Source: Alphaproteobacteria bacterium (GTDB lineage: Bacteria > Pseudomonadota > Alphaproteobacteria > MPNO01 > UBA830). Taken from it: 64,000 nt of DNA. The translations under genes and the position numbers were made by a program. This document shows positions 29,113 through 40,635 of the stretch, in pieces. Numbering within the stretch: the stretch's first letter is position 1; the number at the start of each line of letters is the position of its first letter. The notes beneath the pieces were generated by a model. That model had not been told where the DNA came from and did no database searches. It saw only the letters and a list, made by a program, of their open reading frames with translations. Location of the stretch: positions 32,001-96,000 of the forward strand of contig OZ219790.1 in the NCBI GenBank assembly GCA_964291215.2, read 5' to 3'.

Positions 29113-30066
29113 TCAGCCGTCGAGATAGAGGAGCGTTTCCGGCATGGTGCCGCCGGCGGGGAAACCGCCGTCGGTCGTGGAAGCGCGCTCCAGATCTATC
29201 CTCGTGATGTCGCCGTTGGCGAGCGCGACGAGCGCGTGGCGCCCATCGGGTTCGGGAAGAGCATGGAACGGTTCCGCGGGCACCTCGACCACCCTTCGGG
29301 ATGTCAGGTCGCCGCTATCGAGCAGTTCCACGTAGCCGCGGTCGCCCGGCTCGTCGTAGGTCGTCACGATCAGCAGCCGACCGTCGCCGCTGTTGAACGG
29401 CCAGCCCGGCACGCCGGCAAGAGGGACCGACTGCACTACCTCCCGGGACGACAGTTCGACAACATGGAGCAGCGGCCGGTGAAAATCTCCGACATAGAGC
29501 TTCGTGCCGTCGGCTGACACGCGAATCGCCTGCGCCCCGACCGGCACCGGAATGCGGCCGACAATCCGCCGCGCTGCTACGTCAACCTCGACAACGACAG
29601 GATATTCCTTGGCCGAAAACCACACGGTAGCGCCGTCGGGCGACGCCGCGAGAAAATGCCCGGGAACCTCAAGCCAGATCGAGTGCTCGATCTCCCGGCT
29701 CACGGGATCAATGACAAGAACGCAGCGGTTGTGGTCGACCGTCACCCAGATGCAGCCTGCGGGATCGGTCATCATCGCGTGTGGCCCGCGATAGAGGCCG
29801 AGATCCACATGCCCGTCAAACGCCATGTTTTCCAGATCGACGACGCCGAGCCGGTTGTCCGGTGTGTTGAGGCCGTAATCCCTGTCCCCATAGAGCGAGA
29901 CGAATGCGTGCTTGCGGTCTGCGGTTAGCGCGATCTCGTGGGGCTTGGCGACATCCTTTTCTCCGACCGGGACGACGGCCAGCGTCTCACCGTTCGTCGC
30001 GTCGAATGCGGTCAGGCTGACGTTTTCCTTGACCGTGGCAAGGATGATTCCGGGGCCTTCGCTCAT
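29113..30066 (-). CDS. YncE/YVTN-like beta-propeller protein
   Basis: Repeated blades: VPVG..PHEIALT, LAASPDG, IRVSADGTKLYV. Confidence 0.78.
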   Translation of the reverse strand: MSEGPGIILATVKENVSLTAFDATNGETLAVVPVGEKDVAKPHEIALTADRKHAFVSLYGDRDYGLNTPDNRLGVVDLENMAFDGHVDLGLYRGPHAMMTDPAGCIWVTVDHNRCVLVIDPVSREIEHSIWLEVPGHFLAASPDGATVWFSAKEYPVVVEVDVAARRIVGRIPVPVGAQAIRVSADGTKLYVGDFHRPLLHVVELSSREVVQSVPLAGVPGWPFNSGDGRLLIVTTYDEPGDRGYVELLDSGDLTSRRVVEVPAEPFHALPEPDGRHALVALANGDITRIDLERASTTDGGFPAGGTMPETLLYLDG

Positions 30067-30097
30067 GGTGATACCTCCCGCCGTCGATCTCGGGGAG

Positions 30098-30187
30098 TGG
30101 CGGATGGGGTGGGATTCGAACCCACGAGACGCGCAAACGCCTGCTGGTTTTCAAGACCAGTGCCTTCAACCGCTCGGCCACCCATCC
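30098..30187 (-). tRNA. tRNA-Ser(TGA), 90 nt, CCA encoded
   Basis: GGATGGGTGGCCGAGCGGTTGAAGGCACTGGTCT-TGA-AAACCAG, long variable arm, GGTTCGAATCCC...CCGCCA. Confidence 0.97.
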
Positions 30188-30337
30188 TGCGGCGGAGGAC
30201 TCCTAGCAGATGTCGGGCAGTGGCGGAACCCAAGAATATTCGGGGAAGCCAGGCTCGTCTTGCTGATCACCGACCCCGTTCATGACGTTCGGGCACGATG
30301 ATTCCGCGGTCCCTGACGGTTATCGGAGCGGCACTTT

Positions 30338-31837
30338 CTATCCCATCGTGCCCGGGAGCCACGTCGCGAGGCCCGGAACCGCGACCAGAGTCGCGATCAG
30401 CAGTACTTCGGCCACGACGAAGGGCAGAACACCGGAGTAGATTCGCGACAGCGGCACGTCGGGCGCCATGCCCTTGATGATGAAGACGTTCATTCCGACC
30501 GGCGGAGTGATCAGCCCGAGCTCGACCACCATGACGACGATGACGCCGAACCAGATCGGGTCAAACCCGAGCTGCAGCACGATCGGGAAGAAAATCGGGA
30601 TCGTCAGCAGGATCATCGCGAGCGAGTCGAGCGCGCAGCCCAGAAGCAGGTAGATCAGCAGGATTACCGCGATCGTCAGAAGCGGCCCGGCACCCAGACC
30701 GCCCACCCAACCGCCCAGCGCATCCGCAAGCCCGCCCAGAGTGAGAAACTTGTTCAGGAGAATGGCGCCGATCAGGATCGTGAAGATCATCGCCGTGGTC
30801 CGGGTCGTCTCAAGCAGACAGGAACCCAGCCGCTTCCCGGCGAAGATCCCGAGCCAGATATAGATCGCATGGGCGGCGAGGATTCCGGCATAGGCGAGAT
30901 ATCCGACCCAGCCGGGCCAACCCGTGGGCTCGACGCCCGTCGACAGGTTGATGACCACGGCGACGAGCAACACCAGCAGCGAGGCGACGAGCAGCAGATT
31001 TGCCCCACGCAACAGCCGTTTGCGGTGCACCGGCGCGTCGCGGGTCCAGGTGTTGACCGCGAGATCGAATGCCCCCATTGCGCCGATCCCGGCGGCTTCG
31101 GTCGGCGTAAACGCGCCGGTATAGATGCCGCCCATCACCAGGACGAACAGCACGATGGTCGCCCATACATCCCTGATCGCGGCCAGTTTCCTGCGCGTCG
31201 AGGCCCGTTCGCCCGGTGGACCCATCTCGGCGTTGCGGTGCGCGATGATCGATACCGTCGCCATGAAGACGATTACGGTCAGAATGCCGGGGATGATGCC
31301 CGCGGCGAAAAGCTGGCCGATATCCGACTCGGTCAGGATGCCGTAGAGCACCAGGATGACGCTCGGCGGGATCAGGATCCCGATGGTGCCGCCGGCGGCA
31401 ATCGCACCCGTCGCCAGCCGCTCGTCGTAGCGGTACCGGCGCATCTCGGGCAGCGCGACCTGGCTCATCGTCGCCGCCGTGGCGAGACTGGACCCGCAGA
31501 TCGCGGCGAACGCTCCGCAGCCGCCGATCGTCGCGAGCGCCAGACCGCCGCGCCGGTGCCCCAGCCACGTGTTGCACGACCTGTAGAGGTTCTTCGACAG
31601 CCCGGAGCCGGTGGCGAAGAAACCCATCAGGACGAACAACGGGACCACGCTCAGTTCGTTGGTGATCACCGTTTCATAGACGGTAAGTCCGAGCAGCGAC
31701 AGCGACGGCCCCACGCCGATCAGCAGGACCGCGCCGACGGTGCCGATCGCACCCATCGCGAAGCCGATCGGCATGCCCATGGCGAGCAGCACGAACATCG
31801 CGGCGAGGCCAACGAGGTTCAGGACGATGGGGTCCAT
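30338..31837 (-). CDS. dctM: TRAP transporter large permease
   Basis: CGSSLATAA, GILIPPS, FTPTEAA, GLITPPVGMN. Confidence 0.93.
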   Translation of the reverse strand: MDPIVLNLVGLAAMFVLLAMGMPIGFAMGAIGTVGAVLLIGVGPSLSLLGLTVYETVITNELSVVPLFVLMGFFATGSGLSKNLYRSCNTWLGHRRGGLALATIGGCGAFAAICGSSLATAATMSQVALPEMRRYRYDERLATGAIAAGGTIGILIPPSVILVLYGILTESDIGQLFAAGIIPGILTVIVFMATVSIIAHRNAEMGPPGERASTRRKLAAIRDVWATIVLFVLVMGGIYTGAFTPTEAAGIGAMGAFDLAVNTWTRDAPVHRKRLLRGANLLLVASLLVLLVAVVINLSTGVEPTGWPGWVGYLAYAGILAAHAIYIWLGIFAGKRLGSCLLETTRTTAMIFTILIGAILLNKFLTLGGLADALGGWVGGLGAGPLLTIAVILLIYLLLGCALDSLAMILLTIPIFFPIVLQLGFDPIWFGVIVVMVVELGLITPPVGMNVFIIKGMAPDVPLSRIYSGVLPFVVAEVLLIATLVAVPGLATWLPGTMG

Positions 31838-31858
31838 CGCGGGCGAGCGGAGTCCGGA

Positions 31859-32407
31859 TCAGCCGGCGTTGACGCCGGCCGGAGGATCGGGCTCGGCCGG
31901 AGCCTCCAGCCCGGCGGCGATACGGATCGCCCGGAGCCACTGGATTGCGAGCGCGGCAAGCATGACCAGCGAGCACAGCACCATGACCGTGGTCACGGGC
32001 CATAGCGGTATTTCCCAGATCTGGGTCAGGTCGCCCTTGCCGCGCTGAGCCGCCGCCTGCTCGCCCAGACGCCAGCAGATCAACGCTACGAAAACGAGCG
32101 ACACCGCATAGGTAACCCCGTCGAACGCCGCTCGCCAGCGTGGCGGGAGGTGGGAGATGACGATGTCGACCCGGGTGTGGCCGCGCAGAAAGGTGGTCAG
32201 GCCGATTGCCAGAAAGACCGTCAGCCCCATGATCAGTTCGGTGACCTCGACCTTGGCCGAAATCGGTGCGGACAGCAGCTCCCGGCCCAGTACGTCGACG
32301 AACGTAAGGAGCGCCATCAGTCCGAGCATCACCGCACCGAGCCAGGCGAGGCGGGACGAGGCCCGTCCGGTCAGTGCGGCAAACCGGCCCGGCGAGGGTC
32401 CGGTCAC
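31859..32407 (-). CDS. dctQ: TRAP transporter small permease
   Basis: DVLGRE, GHTRVD; 4 TM segments. Confidence 0.9.
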   Translation of the reverse strand: MTGPSPGRFAALTGRASSRLAWLGAVMLGLMALLTFVDVLGRELLSAPISAKVEVTELIMGLTVFLAIGLTTFLRGHTRVDIVISHLPPRWRAAFDGVTYAVSLVFVALICWRLGEQAAAQRGKGDLTQIWEIPLWPVTTVMVLCSLVMLAALAIQWLRAIRIAAGLEAPAEPDPPAGVNAG

Positions 32408-32433
32408 GAAACCGGCGCCATTGCGGACGACGG

Positions 32434-33447
32434 CTAGCGGATGGACTTTACCGTGGCCTTCAGATCGGCCAGCAGCGCCTCGCCGTCATAACCTGCCTTG
32501 TTCATCTTGGCGAGATACTCGGCGACGATCTTGTCGGTCCTCGCCGACCACTTCTTGAACTCCGCGGGCGTGATCTGTTCGATCGTGTTGCCATTGTCCT
32601 CGGCGATCTTCTTCCCGATCTTGTCGCCCGCGTCCCAGTGCTTCCCGATCAGCTTGGCACCGGCGCGGCCTCCCGCTTTGTTCAGCGCGTCCTGCGCGTT
32701 CTTGCTCAGCGAAGCCCATTTCTTCTTGTTCATCGTCAGAAAGAAGGGAACCGTGTACAGTCCGCCGGGCACCTGGAGGTGATGCGTGACGAGTTTCTCC
32801 AGGCGGAACCCCCTGATCGCCTCGAACGGGAAGAACGCGCCCGCGGTGGTTCCGCGGAGCAGGCTTTCATGCGCCTTGGTCGCCGGCATCGCGACCGGAA
32901 CCGCGCCCAGCTGCTTGGCGAGAAAGATGCCGCCCCCACCAACCCGGAGCTTCACCCCCTGGAGGTCTTCGAGCGTGGCGACCCTCTTCTTGGTGTGGAG
33001 TATGCCCGGCCCGTGAACCCATACCGTGAGCAGGTGGGTGTCCGCGAACTCCTTCGCGGCCAGGCCATTCTTCTCGTACCACATCCAGGCGGCCTGACTG
33101 CCCAGCTCGGCGCTCGGCGACAGGAAGGGCATCTCCCACAGGCGCAGCGCGACGAAACGGCCCGGGGTATAGGCGGGCACGCCCCAGGCGACATCGCGTA
33201 TGCCGTTGACCGCGAGGTCGTACTGCCCGGGCGGCTTGGCGAGCGCCGTCTTGTCGACCGTCAGCTTCAGCGTCCCGCCGGATGCCTTTTCTGCCGAGGC
33301 GGCCCAATCGGCGAGCGTGTTGGTCATGTGATGTACCGACGGCACCCAGTTGGCGATCCGAACGGTTTCCGCCTGGGCCGTAACCGATCCGAAGGCGGTC
33401 GCGGCGACGAGGGCCCCGGCGGCGAGATATTTTAACGTTCCAGACAT
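32434..33447 (-). CDS. dctP: TRAP substrate-binding protein
   Basis: Signal peptide, YTPGRF, DLQGVKLRVGG. Confidence 0.92.
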   Translation of the reverse strand: MSGTLKYLAAGALVAATAFGSVTAQAETVRIANWVPSVHHMTNTLADWAASAEKASGGTLKLTVDKTALAKPPGQYDLAVNGIRDVAWGVPAYTPGRFVALRLWEMPFLSPSAELGSQAAWMWYEKNGLAAKEFADTHLLTVWVHGPGILHTKKRVATLEDLQGVKLRVGGGGIFLAKQLGAVPVAMPATKAHESLLRGTTAGAFFPFEAIRGFRLEKLVTHHLQVPGGLYTVPFFLTMNKKKWASLSKNAQDALNKAGGRAGAKLIGKHWDAGDKIGKKIAEDNGNTIEQITPAEFKKWSARTDKIVAEYLAKMNKAGYDGEALLADLKATVKSIR

Positions 33448-33490
33448 GACGACTCCCTTCATTCGTTGAGATTCGATTTGCGCGTCCCCG

Positions 33491-34588
33491 TCATGACAGC
33501 CGAATGTGTTCGGCCGTGTTCGAAAGCCTGACGCCGCGGCGCCAATGCAGCGCGTGGGCGGTAGGCGGCCTCAAACCGTCATCTGCGAGCCAGAGGCGCC
33601 ACAGCAGTCGCTTCCGCTCCTGCTCCGGCCAGTCCTCGTATTCGTTTCGGGTGTGCAGTATGACGAAGTTGTTGAGAAACTGGATGTCGCCGACCTCGAA
33701 ATCGAGTTCGTAACGGTTTTCCTCCGCGAGATCCTCGGCCACGCGCAAGGCCTCGTGCTGCATGTCGGTCAGAGGCGTCGTCCCGGGCAGGTCGTGGCCC
33801 TTCAGGATGTGCGCCGGCCCGAACGAGGTGCACAGATAGCCATCCAGGAAATTGAACACCGGACTCTCGTAGTAGGCCGATTCCCCGGCGTCGACCTCGC
33901 CGTGCTTGGACCAGCAGAAGGGCTTCGTCAGCATCGGTACGAGATCGGGCCGGCGCGCCAGCAGGTCGTTGTAGACCGCGACCGAACTCGCGATCTTGGA
34001 CGTGCCTCCCGACTTCGAGGGGCGCAGGCACAACAGCCCGACGACGGTGCATTGGTCGCAGTGATAATCCATCGTCGCGCGCGTCTGATAACCCCGCACC
34101 TCCGGATCCCGGTAGTCCTTGCCCAGGTCCGTCACGTGCCCGATCAGATCGCCTTGCGGGTTGTTCGACAAGGGTTTGCCGAGCTGCCGCCCAATCGCCC
34201 AGTAGGCGATCGCCACATCGATGGGCTCCATGTTCCCGACCGGCAGGCCGCGCAGCATGATCACGCCGGCACCGTCTTTAAGCTCCCGGCGGATGTGGGG
34301 GAGCCTGTCCGCGAACCGGCCGAGGTCGAAGGCATCCGGGGGAATGTCGATGAGTCTGTCGGGGTCTTCTCCGACGACCGCCCTGGCCGTGCGGCACATC
34401 GCGAACAGCCCCTCGATCTCCCCGTCATCCAGATGCAGGAACCACCCGGTTCGCTCGGCCAGCTCGCTACCCCGCCATTCGGACGGGTCCGAGACCGGCT
34501 GTCCGAGCCGGGCGACGCCTCGTCGCCTTTCTATCTGGCCCTGCATGATTTCCGCGTCTCCGAGCATGGGTATTTCGAAAGATGCCAT
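33491..34588 (-). CDS. TauD/TfdA-family Fe/2OG dioxygenase (start uncertain)
   Basis: YHCD, GDIQFLNN..ILHTR, RLLWRLWL. Confidence 0.88.
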   Translation of the reverse strand: MASFEIPMLGDAEIMQGQIERRRGVARLGQPVSDPSEWRGSELAERTGWFLHLDDGEIEGLFAMCRTARAVVGEDPDRLIDIPPDAFDLGRFADRLPHIRRELKDGAGVIMLRGLPVGNMEPIDVAIAYWAIGRQLGKPLSNNPQGDLIGHVTDLGKDYRDPEVRGYQTRATMDYHCDQCTVVGLLCLRPSKSGGTSKIASSVAVYNDLLARRPDLVPMLTKPFCWSKHGEVDAGESAYYESPVFNFLDGYLCTSFGPAHILKGHDLPGTTPLTDMQHEALRVAEDLAEENRYELDFEVGDIQFLNNFVILHTRNEYEDWPEQERKRLLWRLWLADDGLRPPTAHALHWRRGVRLSNTAEHIRLS

Positions 34589-34706
34589 ATAATATTTCGT
34601 TGTCCGGGCCGAGTCAAATTCGCGAGATATCTTGCGACAAGTCATCAAGAAAAACCATTCTGTTTGAACCACATGACGAATGACGGCCTAAAATAATACA
34701 TCCCCA

Positions 34707-34894
34707 CTTCCAGTCTGAAGTGCAACATCCGGCCCTCATCTCCGTTCGGGCTACGCCCTCACTGCGATGAGGGCCGGATGTTGCACAAATTTTCCCCCTC
34801 TGCCCCTCTCGATTCCGCCTGGGAACAGCTTCAGTTCCTTCAACATCGAGTTTATGCAACGCCTTTGTCGGCTTCAAGCCACTATTTCGTCGTC
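34707..34894 (-). mobile_element. Right end of an IS30-family element, with a large hairpin
   Basis: Reverse-complement match to about 50035-50158; terminal tgaagtgcaaca as at 46085; hairpin tgcaacatccggccctcatc...gatgagggccggatgttgca. Confidence 0.7.
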
Positions 34895-35770
34895 TGTCGC
34901 TAACAAGCGATATGTCCGGTGGATGTAACATGCGATCTGTCCGGTTCAGATGCTTCAAAAATGAGGAAGCCGATGAAAGAGTGTTACAGGAATTACGGAT
35001 TATGAAGTTTGAAGAGTTGTATTCACGAAGGCGGGCGAAGCAGTTGAGCCAGTAGCAGGCCGCCGAGATTCTTGGTGTATCGGTGCGTCGCTGGGAGGAG
35101 AGGCGGAAGGAGCGGAAGGTCTTTATGGCAAGCGCCTTGGCCGTCTGGCTGGCAACCGCGTTCCGGTCGATACAGTGACGGAGGTTCTGGAGTTGTTCGA
35201 CACCCGGGACTACACGGCCAGGCATTTCCACGAGAAGCTGGTCAAGGACCACGGGTTCACGCACAGCTACAACTGGGTGCGCCTGACGCTTCAGGCCAAC
35301 GGCCGGACCAGAGCGGGTGCGCATCGCCGCAAGCGTGCTCCGGGCGGGCATGATGGTGCGGCTCCACTCACGAATGGGCGCCCGGACAGTCGTGGGATCT
35401 GACCATGCCACCAGCGAGATCTGCTCGGCCTTCTTCGTCCCCGAAGAGGGCACGATGAGCACCTTTCAGCGCATCCAGGTTGAGGCCAAGGTTCTGTTCG
35501 CTTTACGCCGATCGGGGGTCGCACACACGCCGGAAGCCGGCGGCAAGGTCGACAAGGACAAGCTGACCCAGGTGGGCCGGGCGCTCCGCATTGAACTGAT
35601 TCCCGCCTATTCGCCTGAGGGCCGCTCGGAGCGCATGTTCGGCACACTGCAGAAGCGTCTGCCGCAGGAATTGCGTACACAGGGCATCGAGACGATGGAC
35701 GAAGCCAATCTCTTTCTCAAGGATGTCTTCCTGCCCGATCACAACACCCGGTTCATGTGCAAGCCGGAAG
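34895..35770 (+). mobile_element. ISNCY (IS1202-like) transposase remnant
   Basis: TGT terminus; MKFEELY..AAEILGVSV, IPAYSPEGRSERMFGTLQKRLPQELR; stops and frameshifts. Confidence 0.75.
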
Positions 35771-37457
35771 GTATCTACTCACCCCTAGTTGGTTTCTGAT
35801 TGGTCGTAGTGCTCGTTGATGATGTCTGCGGCTTTTCCGTCGAGGACGATCTGGGTTGCGACGTGATGATTGTAGCCGAGTGCCGCCATGGAGGTGAGGT
35901 AGCTTGAGCCCCGGCACCATGCTTTTGCGTGGAGCGGGTAACTGCTCACCCCCTGGTTCCGGCTTGATGTCGGGGTAGAGCAACGAACGGGTTTTCGTGG
36001 AGATTTGACACTGCAGGCCGATTCGTTTAGTGGTGGTAATCGAGAACGACGGGGACCGCCAGTGGGCTACTTTGGATCGAAGGCGACGAGCGGGCTGTGC
36101 CAGCTGCTTCCGGGGCTCCAGCCCCCGCATGATCTGTATGTGGAAACGCATCTCGGAGGCGGCGCGCTGATGAAGCGCAAGGCCGGGTGATGGCGACGGG
36201 CGGCGCGCGAGGAGTTCGAAGCGGCCAAGGCGCTGCGTGCGGCCGGCAAGGTGCCGAAAGAGGCCGTGATCCGCGTCTTCGTCATCCTGCTCGACATCCT
36301 CATCGTCGTCCTTCTGGAGAAGACCACGCACGAGCCGGAACTCCGGTCTGCCGCCGTCACAGACGGACAAGAGCGTGCCGGGAGCAAGGGCCCGAAGCCA
36401 AACCGGCAGATGGGCGACAACCTGCGCAAGACTATCGTCGAGGAGACGGTCGCGGCCTGCGACGCCTGCGGCGCCGACATCGACGGCCCCGTCGATCGGG
36501 AGCGCCGCGTCCTCTATGACATCGTGTTCGAGGTCGTCGAGCGCCGCGTCGACGTCGAGGAATGCCCGAAGTGCAAGGCCCGAACCAAGGGCCGGTTCCC
36601 CGACAACATCCCGTGCAGTACGGCATCGACATCCAAGCCCTCGTCATCAACCTGCTGGTCGCCCAGATGCTGTCCCTGCGCCGTCGCGCTCGTGCAGGCG
36701 ATCTCCGGCATCAAGCTCTCCGAGGCCTCGGCTATGCTTTCACGATGTGTCATGGGAGGAGGCCGCCGTGGCGCACCTCCTGCAACGCCCGATGTCGATG
36801 ATTTCGGATCAACAGTAAGTGGCTCCATGTCGTGGGACCCTGACGTGCAAGTTCCCGCACCGCAAGCGCGGGCAAGAGATCGGCCCGTGCTACAAGGGCG
36901 TCCTGGGCCTCGTACATGGGCCAGTGTAGCCACCAGTTGTGCGGCAGCCACCTGCTGCGCGAACTGACCTTTGTCGTCGAGGCTACCGCTGGGCGCGACT
37001 GATGAAGAGCCTGCTCCGCGAGGTCTGCCACAAGATCAACAAGAGCGCATCCAAGACCCTGAACGACGCCGGGCGCAAGCGCTACCGCACCATCAGGGCG
37101 CCAGGGAACTGCCCGATATCCCGCCGCCGCCGAAAGGAAAACGTGGACGCAAGTCCGACGCGCACAACCTGCACGAACGTCTCGTGAAACACGAAAACCT
37201 GCGCTTCACAGACGACCCCGATGTCAGCTTCACCAACAATGCCGGAGAACAGAAGATCAGGATGGCAAAGGTCAAGGTGTCCGGATGCTTCCGCTCCACG
37301 CAAAAGTATGGTGCCGGGGCTCAAGCTACCTCACCTCCATGGCCGCACTCGGCTACAATCATCACGTCGCAACCCAGATCGCCCTTGACGGAAAAGTCGC
37401 AGACATCATCAACGAGCACTACGACCAATCAGAACCCAACTAGGGGTGAGTAGATAC
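35771..37457 (+). mobile_element. Degenerate IS66-family element (35938-37457) preceded by an inverted right-end fragment (35771-35937)
   Basis: IRs GTAACTGCTCACCCC / GGGGTGAGTAGATAC; HQLCGSHLLREL and SFTNNAGEQKIRMAKVK.SGCFR; Dam-like passenger fragment. Confidence 0.85.
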
Positions 37458-37803
37458 AATTTATTTTAGCGAGAACCCTTACCTGAACCGGCGGAGACGC
37501 CCCTGTGGTGAGCTCCGTGGAGCTTTGGCTGCACATGCGGCCTTGACGGAACAGAGTTCCGGCCAGCCAAGCCGCGCCAGTGACTTGGCATAACGGCAAA
37601 GTCGAATGTCTACTCTTGTGCCGGCAATCGCCTGTGCAACTCAAGCCCTTGCATAAGAATCGTGTTGGCATGGTTGAAATTCTCAGGCTACCCCTGAAGC
37701 TGGTACGCCCATTTCTCGCCGTGAAAAAGATTACTCCGAAAACGGTAGGCGATGATGAGCAAAGCTGCCGCGATCTCAAAATGCTCCGCAGCGTCATTCC
37801 CTA

Positions 37804-39064
37804 GTAGTCTAACATTATTGGATTGACGGATATAGTGACTTCAGTTTCGTCCGGGCATCCTTCGTCGTGAAACGCCAGTCGACAGTGACATCGGCCGCAT
37901 TGCGGCGCTCGACCCACGCCATGGTCTCCCGCAGCATGGTGTCGCGGTCGGGAATGCGTCGCCGAAGGCATTGCCGCGACAGCGCACCGATCTCGATCTC
38001 GGCCATGTTGAGCCAGCTTCCGTGCTTCGGCGTATAGCGAAACTCGAACCGCTTTCGCACCCGCCTCCTCGGGCTCGAAGGCTTCATACAGCGACTGTGC
38101 GTGTTCAGATTGTCCAGCAAGATCTTCCTGTCGGGGGAATGGTCGTCGGCAAGCTCCTGGATGAAGTGCGCCCAGTCCCGCGACGGTCGGTGACTTTCAC
38201 CGTGCGCCAGTTCTCGTTGGGCGCAAAGGCCATGAAGAGGTTGGCCGTGCCGTTGCGCTCATATTCATAGTCGACCACCTCCGGCTGACCGGGGGATGCG
38301 GGTTTCCTGCTGCCGGCTGGTCTCAGCACCTCGTCCCTGGCAAAGTCCCGCTGATAAATGTCAAGCACATCCTCCATCGCCGCCACGAGCTGTGCGCTCC
38401 GGTGCGGTGGAATGCACCAGTACTGCTTCAGCCACGGCTTGATCTCCTTTTTTTTAGCGTCTTCCTGACCGTCTCTTCCGAAATGCTCTCGACGATCTCC
38501 ACCAGACGGCCGGCAAGCAGCGTCCACAGCCCTCGGGCGGGGACGAGCAGGCCAGAGCGACCAGCTTCGCCTCCATCGCCCCGTCCAGCCGTTTCGGCCG
38601 ACGGTTCACCTGCTCCTTGCGGCTGAGGGCGGCGTCCAACCCCTCCAGGACGCAGCGCTTGCGCAAACGCTCGACCGTCGCCGTGCCGATGCCCAGCCCT
38701 TGCGCAATGTCGGCATCGACAGACCGAGCGCCGTCGCGCCCCTCGTCGGCCAACATCAGGATTTGTGCCCGGCGCCGACGCCAGGCGGCCCCGGTGCCGT
38801 CGACGATCGCCTTCAGATCCTGGCGCTTCTGCGCTGAAAGGGTCACGCGGTAGAGCTTCCTGCCCCGAGAGTTGGCCATATGCGCCGCTCCTGTCATTGC
38901 GCCGAAGACCTGCGGGCATGCCCGTTGTCCGGACCTGCACATGGGGCTGCGGCTGCCTGCCTGTTCGGCATCTGCCCGTGTGGATGGCACTGTCCGGATT
39001 CCAACGAACGCCGACACGGAAATACTACCCACAAAAAACCATCAATACAATGCCGGTGGACTAC
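37804..39064 (-). mobile_element. IS630-family element with TA duplication
   Basis: TA at 37802-37803 and 39065-39066; YTPKHGSWLNMAEIE; A-run slippery site near 38450. Confidence 0.9.
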
Positions 39065-39135
39065 TAGAACCTTTCGTGCGAGAGTAGGTTGGTCGCCGTT
39101 CCGGAGGTTGAGATGATCGAAATGATAGGTAAATG

Positions 39136-40635
39136 GTATCTACTCACCCCTTGTTGGGTTCTGATTCATAGTGCTCGTTGATGATGTCTGCGGCTTTTCC
39201 GTCGAGGGCGATCTGGGTGGCGACGAGTGGGTTGTAGCCGAGTGCGGCCATGGAGGTGAGGTAGCTTGAGCCCCGGCACCATGCTTTTGCGTGGAGCGGA
39301 AGCATCCGGACACCTTGACCTTTGCCATCCTGATTTTCTATTCTCCGGCATTGTTGGTGAAGCTGACGTTGGGGTCGTCTGTGAAGCGCAGGTTTTCGTG
39401 TTTCACGAGACGTTCGTGCAGGTTGTGCGCGTCGGACTTGCGTCCACGTTTTCCTTTCGTCGGGATGTCGGGCAGTTCCCTGGCGCCCTGATGGTGCGGT
39501 AGCGCTTGCGCCCGGCGTCGTTCAGGGTTTTTGGATGCGCTCTTGTTGACCTTGTGGCAGACCTCGCGAAGCAGGCTCTTCATCAGTCGCGCGGTAGCCT
39601 CGACGACAAAGGTCAGTTCGCGCAGCAGGTGGCTGCCGCACAACTGGTGGCTACACTGGCCCATGTACGAGGCCCAGGACGCCCTTGTAGCACGGGCCGA
39701 TCTCTTGCCCGCGCTTGCGGTGCGGGAACTTGCACGTCAGGGTCCCACGACATGGAGCCACTTACTGTTGATCCGAAATCGTCGACATCGGGCGTTGCAG
39801 GAGGTGCGCCACGGCGGCCTCCTCCCATGACGCATCGTGAAAGCATAGCCGAGGCAGGTTGCCTCGGAGAGCTTGATGCCGGAGATCGCCTGCACGAACG
39901 CGACGGCACGGCGCAGGGATAGCATCTGGGCGACCAGCAGGTTGATGACGAGGGCCTGGATGCCGTACTGCACGGGATGTTGTCGGGGAACCGGCCCTTG
40001 CACTTCGGGCATTCCTCGGCGCGGCGCTCGACGACCTCGAACACGATGTCATAGAGGACGCGGCGCTCCCGATCGACGGGGCCGTCGATGTCAGCGCCGC
40101 AGGCGTCGCAGGCCGCAACTGTTTCCTCGACGATGGTCTTGCGCAGGTTGTCGCCCATCTGCCGGTTCGGCTTCGGGCCCTTGCCGTTGCTTCCGGCACG
40201 CTCTTGTCCGTCTGTGACGGCGGCAGACCGGAGTTCCGGCTCGTGCGTGGTCTTCTCCAGAAGGACGACGATGAGGATGTCGAGCAGGATGACGAGGACG
40301 CGGATCACGGCCTCTTCCGCCACCTTGCCGGCAGCGCCGCGGTCTTGGCCGCTTCGAACTCCTCGCGCGCCGCCCGTCGCCATCACCCGGCCTTGCGCTT
40401 CATCAGCGCGCCGCCTCCGAGATGCGTTTCCACATACAGATCATGCGGAGGCTGGAGCCCCGGAAGCAGCTGGCACAGCCCGCTCGTCGCCTTCGATCCA
40501 AAGTAGCCCACTGGCGGTCCCCGTCGTTCTCGATGACCACCACTAAGCGAATCGGCATGCAGTGTCAAATCTCCACGAAACCCCGTTTGTTGCTCTACCC
40601 CGACATCAAGCCGGAACCAGGGGGTGAGCAGTTAC
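39136..40635 (-). mobile_element. Degenerate IS66-family element with 8-bp TSD GGTAAATG
   Basis: TSD at 39128-39135 and 40636-40643; same IRs as the other copies. Confidence 0.92.

Noticed and set aside
30098-30187. tRNA-Ser as integration site of the island
   Set aside because: I found no duplicated tRNA 3' end and no adjacent integrase; the flanks are host-like genes.
34720-34786. Large hairpin as a stand-alone ncRNA or terminator
   Set aside because: It belongs to the IS30 right end; one arm recurs near 50145.
37460-37610. attC-like site (GCATAAC) after the HEPN-like gene
   Set aside because: No matching partner box or extended palindrome, and no IntI-type integrase.
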